From assembly GCF_001677475.2 (NCBI RefSeq), contig NZ_CP015229.1: 64,000 nucleotides of DNA; one strand, 5' to 3'. This document shows, piece by piece, positions 58,446 to 64,000 of this stretch. The translations under genes and the position numbers were made by a program. This DNA comes from Escherichia coli (lineage in GTDB: Bacteria > Pseudomonadota > Gammaproteobacteria > Enterobacterales > Enterobacteriaceae). Under the pieces are notes generated by a model. That model did not search any database, had not been told where the DNA came from, and saw only the letters and a program-made list of their open reading frames with translations. Numbering within the stretch: position 1 is the first letter of the stretch; the number at the start of each line of letters is the position of its first letter.

Positions 58446-59945
58446 TTAACTCGCCGTTTCAGGTTTAAACACAATTTCCTGTTTTTCTTCATCTTCCTCG
58501 ACGACTGGCGCAGTGCTGTGAATTTCAGCAACGCGTTTGCGCACACCAAACCAGCCTATAACCAGCAGAATACCGATAATCGGCAGCGCCGCGATGGTAT
58601 AAGTCCCGTTCGGGTAATCGAATGCCATCAGCACCAGGACACTCAGTAAAAACAGTAATGTCAGCCAGGAAGTGAAGGGCGCGCCAGGCAGTTTAAAACT
58701 GACATCCGCTGCTTTGCCTTCTTTAATCGCTTTACGCAGGCGCATCTGGCACACGATGATAAACGCCCATGAAGCGATGATTCCCAGCGACGCGAAGTTC
58801 AACACAATCTCAAATACGCGCGACGGCACCAGATAGTTGAGGAATACGCCGACGACATAAACGACCAGTGTCGCCAGAATCCCGGCATACGGCACATGCT
58901 GACGGCTCATTTTCGCCATAAAACTCGGTGCGGAACCGCCCATCGCCATCGAGCGTAGAATACGTCCGGTGCAGTACAGACCTGAGTTCAGGCTGGAGAG
59001 GGCAGCGGTCAGCACCACAATGTTCATAATGCTGCCGATGTACGGCACACCCAGTTTAGAGAAAAACGTCACGAACGGACTTTGCCCAGCCTGATACGCG
59101 CTCCACGGCAATAACATAACCAGCAACACCACGGAGCCGACGTAAAACAGGCCAATACGCCAAATCACACTGTTAATCGCTTTAGGCACCATGGTCTGCG
59201 GATCTTTACATTCTCCGGCAGCTGTACCCACCATTTCAATGGAGGCAAAAGCAAACACTACGCCCTGAATCAACACCAGAGCAGGAAGCAAACCGTGGGG
59301 GAAGAAGCCGCCATTATCGGTGATTAAATGAAAGCCAGTGGTGTTGCCATCCAGCGGCTGACCACTACCGAGGAACACTGTACCCACGACCAAAAAGGTC
59401 ACAATGGCGAGCACTTTAATAAGCGCAAACCAGAACTCCATCTCCGCAAACCATTTCACACCAATCATATTCATGGTGCCAACGATGGTAAGTGCAGCGA
59501 GCGCAAAGACCCACTGCGGCACGCCGCCAAACGCCCCCCAGTAATGCATATACAGCGCTACAGCGGTGATATCGACAATCCCCGTCATCGCCCAGTTAAT
59601 GAAGTACATCCAGCCTGCAACGTAAGCGGCTTTCTCTCCTAAAAACTCACGGGCATAAGAGACAAAGCTGCCACTGGAAGGGCGATGTAACACCAGCTCA
59701 CCCAATGCACGCAGAATAAAAAACGAAAACAGGCCACATATTAAATAAACCAGTGCCAGCGCAGGACCCGCCATTTGCAGTCGGGCTCCTGCACCTAAAA
59801 ACAAGCCGGTGCCAATCGCGCCGCCAATGGCGATCATCTGCACCTGGCGATTGCCCATCGCTTTGTGATACCCCTCTTCGTGGGCATTAAGCCAGCGGCG
59901 TTTCGCGGCGTGTTGATCTGGAGTGTCGGTGTCGTGTTTACTCAT
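58446..59945 (-). CDS. ansP: L-asparagine permease (APC family)
   Basis: Start at ATG 59945 (MSKHDTDTPDQHAAKRRWLNAHEEGYHKAM) inside track ORF 58446..59996; 499 aa. Confidence 0.9.
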   Translation of the reverse strand: MSKHDTDTPDQHAAKRRWLNAHEEGYHKAMGNRQVQMIAIGGAIGTGLFLGAGARLQMAGPALALVYLICGLFSFFILRALGELVLHRPSSGSFVSYAREFLGEKAAYVAGWMYFINWAMTGIVDITAVALYMHYWGAFGGVPQWVFALAALTIVGTMNMIGVKWFAEMEFWFALIKVLAIVTFLVVGTVFLGSGQPLDGNTTGFHLITDNGGFFPHGLLPALVLIQGVVFAFASIEMVGTAAGECKDPQTMVPKAINSVIWRIGLFYVGSVVLLVMLLPWSAYQAGQSPFVTFFSKLGVPYIGSIMNIVVLTAALSSLNSGLYCTGRILRSMAMGGSAPSFMAKMSRQHVPYAGILATLVVYVVGVFLNYLVPSRVFEIVLNFASLGIIASWAFIIVCQMRLRKAIKEGKAADVSFKLPGAPFTSWLTLLFLLSVLVLMAFDYPNGTYTIAALPIIGILLVIGWFGVRKRVAEIHSTAPVVEEDEEKQEIVFKPETAS

Positions 59946-60295
59946 TGCTCTCCCTGATTGCTTTAATGAAAAAGTCATATAAGTTGCCATGAACAATGTT
60001 TATTCATCCTGGCGATGACAAGATTCACCATTATTCTTTATGGGTATAACTGTCGGCGCAGAATCCTACCTTTTATCGTGTAACGATGCAAAATAATCCC
60101 GCTATAAATATGAGGGGATAAAGGCGGCCGGCAACAAAATAGCAACCTGATGAAATTTTGACGGAAACAACCACTATTGGTTTGATGATGCCCGACGGCA
60201 GTCCTACTCTTGCGCCACTCGTTCGTCGCTCTGAACGCCAGTGGTTGCAGTGGACACTGGCGTGGTTGGCTCATTGAATAGTGAGGTGCTAGCAC

Positions 60296-60472
60296 ATGAC
60301 GGGTTTCAGGGGTAATACACCAAATACCAATACAATTGCTGATTATATGAGCCAATTGCCGATGTTACAGAAAAGGCTAAAAAATGTAAGAGGCATGCAG
60401 GATGATAAACGCGCTATTGCCCAACAGGGGTTTCTGGAATTAGTCCTGTTCCATGGTCATTACAACTCTTAA
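60296..60472 (+). CDS. Hypothetical small protein (58 aa); identity not recognised
   Basis: ATG 60296 preceded by GAGGTG; hand translation MTGFRGNTPNTNTIADYMSQLPMLQKRLKNVRGMQDDKRAIAQQGFLELVLFHGHYNS; not in ORF track. Confidence 0.25.
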   Translation: MTGFRGNTPNTNTIADYMSQLPMLQKRLKNVRGMQDDKRAIAQQGFLELVLFHGHYNS

Positions 60473-60882
60473 AACATTACTTCAATATAATTAATGTGTA
60501 TATCATTCCCGATATTAATTTATGAAGTGAATTTGATATATTCCGAATTCTTAATTTACATTACTAATGTATGGGGCATAACGTTAAGATTGCTATGTGC
60601 AGATTAACATATCAGGGTGGGGCGGTAGCGTTTACAGATATTAATCAATTGATGAGAATTATGTTAACTGCGTAATCATTTGCATCGATTATTGATATTG
60701 AAGATAGATTAATAAAAATGCTGAGAATTAATGTTAAAAAATCATAACGGGAAACGTTGATAACTTGCTTTGATTTCATTTTCTATGAAGATGATGTCAT
60801 CAATACTGTATAAAGTGGAAATGTTGAACATCAAAGAGCGTTTGTGTTTTATCTGAAAGATATTATTTCCAGGGGGAAGGAT

Positions 60883-61013
60883 ATGTCATTAAGGAGAATG
60901 ACATCTGGTGAATTAACATTGGCCAGATCGATTTTTGAGAATACAATTGATTATAGCAAGGTATGGATCCACAATGAAAAATATTTGCCTGGTCAAGGGG
61001 AAAGAACAGCGAT
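60883..61013 (+). pseudogene. 5' fragment of a host ORF interrupted by the prophage insertion
   Basis: ATG 60883 with GGAAGGA RBS; MSLRRMTSGELTLARSIFENTIDYSKVWIHNEKYLPGQGERTAI then reads straight into the Mu-type end at 61014 (track ORF 60844..61083 is the chimera). Confidence 0.4.
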
Positions 61014-61190
61014 TGTATTGATTCACTTGAAGTACGAAAAAAACCGGGAGGACATTGGATTATTCGGGATTTGGCGGGATTAGATTTAGTGGGGCTTGCA
61101 AGCCTGTAGGACAGATTTTAGCCGTTACATCTTGAAACGCGAAAGATTGTTGGAAACAGCTTTTGATTCATTAAAGACACGAAAAGCAAT
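61014..61190 (+). repeat. Prophage attL with transposase end-binding sites L1, L2 and L3
   Basis: L1 about 61019-61040 (TGATTCACTTGAAGTACGAAAA), L2 about 61128-61147 (CTTGAAACGCGAAAGA), L3 about 61164-61186 (TGATTCATTAAAGACACGAAAAG); terminal 5'-TG. Confidence 0.8.
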
Positions 61191-61352
61191 TACTTCACGC
61201 ATCATTTCAAGTACAGCTTCAAAAATGCTTCAAAAACGGTAACAACCAGGCTTTCGGCAAGTGATGTGTGTCAAAAACAATCATCACTGTTTGGGTATCT
61301 TACATATGTAATTACCTAGAGTGAAGTTTATGTCTTAGCTATTACCTGGTTG

Positions 61353-61877
61353 TTATACAGCTTTCTTTACATCGTTTTCTCTTACAGGGAAATTATGTTC
61401 TTTGCCTTCATACTGAGACAAAATCTCTCTCACTTTTTCAGGTGGTAATGCCTGAAGAGTTTGCAGGGTTTTCTGTTGATCCACAGTAATCCCTAATGCC
61501 TCTAATGCCTTATCTTTACTGACAATTGTAGGCATAAGTCCTTTAATCCCTGCTACACGAATGATCTCCACAGCTGCGGCCTGCTCATCTGGTGTTAAGA
61601 AGCTCATTGCATAAATTAGCCTCTCATCAACTGTATGGGCGATTGATGTATGCACTGGTTTATCAGAAAGTGAGGCTCCTTTAATGGCCCTACGTGTTTC
61701 TTCTGGCAGACTGTTGATGTGATACTCATAAGCGACACCTTTCCCACCGTGACGCTGACGTTTTACCCAATCTTCCGCCACAGCTTTCCTGGTAATGTTA
61801 GTCGCCAACTTTGGTACACCAGGCATCCCTTCCAGCTCTTTCGCATTAAACCATTCTTTGATTTCAAAAGACATCAT
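61353..61877 (-). CDS. c: Mu-type lysogeny repressor (174 aa)
   Basis: Track ORF; C-terminus ...NDVKKAV resembles Mu repressor ...QEVKKAV; N-terminal region resembles the transposase N-terminus; leftward orientation as in Mu. Confidence 0.85.
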   Translation of the reverse strand: MMSFEIKEWFNAKELEGMPGVPKLATNITRKAVAEDWVKRQRHGGKGVAYEYHINSLPEETRRAIKGASLSDKPVHTSIAHTVDERLIYAMSFLTPDEQAAAVEIIRVAGIKGLMPTIVSKDKALEALGITVDQQKTLQTLQALPPEKVREILSQYEGKEHNFPVRENDVKKAV

Positions 61878-62057
61878 TTAAAATCCTAGCGATTTCAATA
61901 GAGACAAAATAAATTCATATAAAAATCATGCCGTTATATGAAATCATGGTAAATACTTTCAAATCTCTATTGATTTGAAAATGATTCCACACTACATTGC
62001 ACGATATGCCGTGAGCTACTTTATAGCGTAGCTCACGGGGGAATCTGAAAGGATTAC
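61878..62057. promoter_or_regulatory. Prophage early control region (operators, divergent promoters, transposition enhancer) by position
   Basis: Intergenic AT-rich region between divergent repressor and ner; individual operators not resolved by eye. Confidence 0.5.
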
Positions 62058-62062
62058 ATGAA

Positions 62063-62284
62063 ATGCATATGAATAAAAGAACTAACCGCCAAGATTGGCA
62101 CAGAGCTGACATCGTTGCAGAGCTACGAAAACGCAATATGTCACTAGCTGAATTGGGAAGATCTAATCATCTTTCGTCTTCAACATTAAAAAATGCTTTG
62201 GATAAGAGATATCCGAAAGCGGAGAAAATCATTGCAGATGCACTGGGAATGACACCGCAAGATATTTGGCCGTCTCGATACTAG
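62063..62284 (+). CDS. ner: Ner-like DNA-binding regulator of early transcription (73 aa)
   Basis: Track ORF; [33 protein letters not shown]... resembles Mu Ner (...DWHRADVIAGLKKRKLSLSALSR...); AAGGA RBS. Confidence 0.85.
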
Positions 62285-62291
62285 GTGCGCT

Positions 62292-64000
62292 ATGAAAGAA
62301 TGGTATACAGCAAAAGAGTTGCTCGGTTTGGCAGGTTTACCAAAGCAAGCCACTAACATTACACGTAAGGCACAAAGAGAAGGCTGGGAGTTCAGGCAGG
62401 TTGCAGGGACTAAAGGTGTATCATTTGAATTCAATATCAAATCATTCCCTGTCGCATTACGTGCTGAAATTCTGTTGCAACAAGGGAGAATTGAAACAAG
62501 CCAGGGGTATTTTGAAATCGCCCGCCCCACGCTGGAAGCCCACGATTACGATCGCGGGGCACTGTGGAGCAAATGGGATAAAGCCAGCGATTCCCAGCGC
62601 AGACTTGCTGAAAAATGGTTGCCTGCAGTTCAGGCCGCAGACGAAATGCTGAACCAGGGGATTTCAACAAAAACGGCTTTTGCGACCGTTGCAGGACATT
62701 ACCAGGTCAGCGCATCCACTTTGCGAGACAAGTATTACCAGGTACAGAAGTTTGCGAAGCCTGACTGGGCGGCTGCACTTGTTGATGGACGTGGTGCATC
62801 TCGTCGCAATGTTCACAAAAGTGAATTTGACGAGGATGCCTGGCAGTTTCTGATTGCAGATTATCTGCGACCGGAAAAACCCGCCTTCCGCAAATGTTAT
62901 GAGCGTCTGGAACTGGCAGCCCGCGAGCATGGCTGGAGTATTCCCTCCCGTGCCACGGCCTTTCGCCGGATTCAGCAACTGGACGAGGCAATGGTTGTTG
63001 CCTGTCGTGAAGGTGAACATGCACTGATGCATCTGATACCGGCACAGCAGCGAACTGTGGAACACCTGGACGCCATGCAGTGGATCAACGGCGACGGTTA
63101 TCTGCATAACGTCTTTGTACGCTGGTTTAACGGTGATGTGATCCGCCCGAAAACATGGTTCTGGCAGGATGTGAAAACCCGAAAAATTCTGGGCTGGCGC
63201 TGCGATGTGAGCGAGAACATTGATTCAATTCGCCTCTCGTTCATGGATGTGGTGACACGCTACGGCATCCCGGAAGATTTTCACATCACCATTGATAACA
63301 CCCGTGGGGCAGCGAATAAATGGCTGACGGGGGGCGCGCCCAATCGTTACCGCTTTAAGGTGAAAGAGGACGATCCAAAGGGACTGTTTTTACTGATGGG
63401 CGCGAAAATGCACTGGACAAGCGTTGTTGCCGGTAAAGGCTGGGGCCAGGCAAAACCTGTTGAACGTGCTTTCGGTGTTGGTGGGCTTGAGGAATACGTT
63501 GATAAGCATCCGGCACTGGCTGGCGCATATACGGGGCCAAATCCGCAGGCAAAACCTGATAACTATGGCGACCGTGCTGTTGATGCAGAGCTGTTTCTGA
63601 AAACCCTTGCTGAAGGTGTGGCGATGTTCAATGCCAGAACAGGCCGTGAAACAGAAATGTGCGGGGGCAAACTCTCGTTTGATGATGTTTTCGAGCGTGA
63701 ATACGCCAGAACGATTGTGCGTAAGCCAACCGAAGAACAAAAACGGATGCTGTTACTGCCTGCCGAAGCGGTGAACGTTTCACGCAAAGGCGAGTTTACG
63801 CTTAAAGTTGGCGGCTCCCTTAAAGGCGCGAAAAACGTTTATTACAACATGGCGTTAATGAATGCAGGCGTGAAAAAAGTTGTGGTCAGGTTTGATCCGC
63901 AGCAGCTACACAGCACAGTTTATTGCTACACCCTGGACGGTCGGTTTATCTGTGAAGCGGAATGTCTGGCACCTGTTGCATTTAATGATGCTGCGGCAGG
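62292..64000 (+). CDS. A: MuA-type DDE transposase, N-terminal ~569 codons (3' end outside window)
   Basis: Not in ORF track because there is no stop before the window end; hand translation [32 protein letters not shown]... with DDE residues at codons 268 (INGDGY), 335 (ITIDNTRG) and 391 (PVERAF). Confidence 0.9.

Larger units (their letters stand above)
61014..64000 (+). mobile_element. Left end of a Mu/D108-like transposable prophage (continues beyond the window)
   Basis: Begins 5'-TGTATTGATTCACTTGAAGTACGAAAAAAACCGGGAGGACATTGGATTATTCGGGAT, as I remember the Mu left end; followed by repressor(-), ner(+), A(+) in Mu order. Confidence 0.9.

Noticed and set aside
60038-60355. 105-aa minus-strand ORF upstream of ansP
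   Set aside because: No RBS or recognisable motif; lies in the likely ansP promoter region.

Overview
This window reads as an Escherichia coli chromosomal segment, syntenic with the K-12 paa-to-ansP region, ending in the left end of a Mu/D108-like transposable prophage. All protein and layout identifications are from my memory of E. coli K-12 and phage Mu/D108 sequences; no database search was run. Gene order on the host side: paaC (3' part) through paaK, paaX, paaY, ydbC, ydbD, ynbABCD, azoR(-), hrpA, ydcF, aldA, gapC(-), cybB, rydC sRNA(-), ydcA, hokB/mokB(-) with sokB, trg, ydcI(-), ydcJ, opgD, ydcH, rimL, ydcK(-), tehAB, ydcL, ydcO(-), ydcN, ydcP/rlhA, yncJ(-), hicAB, ydcR, ydcSTUV, patD, yncL(-), ortT, ydcY, ydcZ(-), mnaT(-), curA, mcbR, yncD(-), yncE, ansP(-). 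The most notable feature is the prophage: a Mu-type left end begins at 61014 (TGTATTGATTCACTTGAAGTACGAAAAA), followed by a leftward repressor gene, a Ner-like gene and a MuA-type DDE transposase that runs off the window end. It interrupts a small host ORF that sits next to an AT-rich tract. Differences from the K-12 layout as I remember it: no ydbA autotransporter/IS2/IS30 between paaY and ydbC, no IS609 (insQ) between ydcL and ydcO, and gapC is an intact 333-codon ORF. Other points worth a second look are the uncharacterised ydbD-ynbABCD lipid-enzyme cluster, three small toxin loci (hokB/sokB, hicAB, ortT) and several unexplained palindromes. No rRNA, tRNA or CRISPR array was seen.
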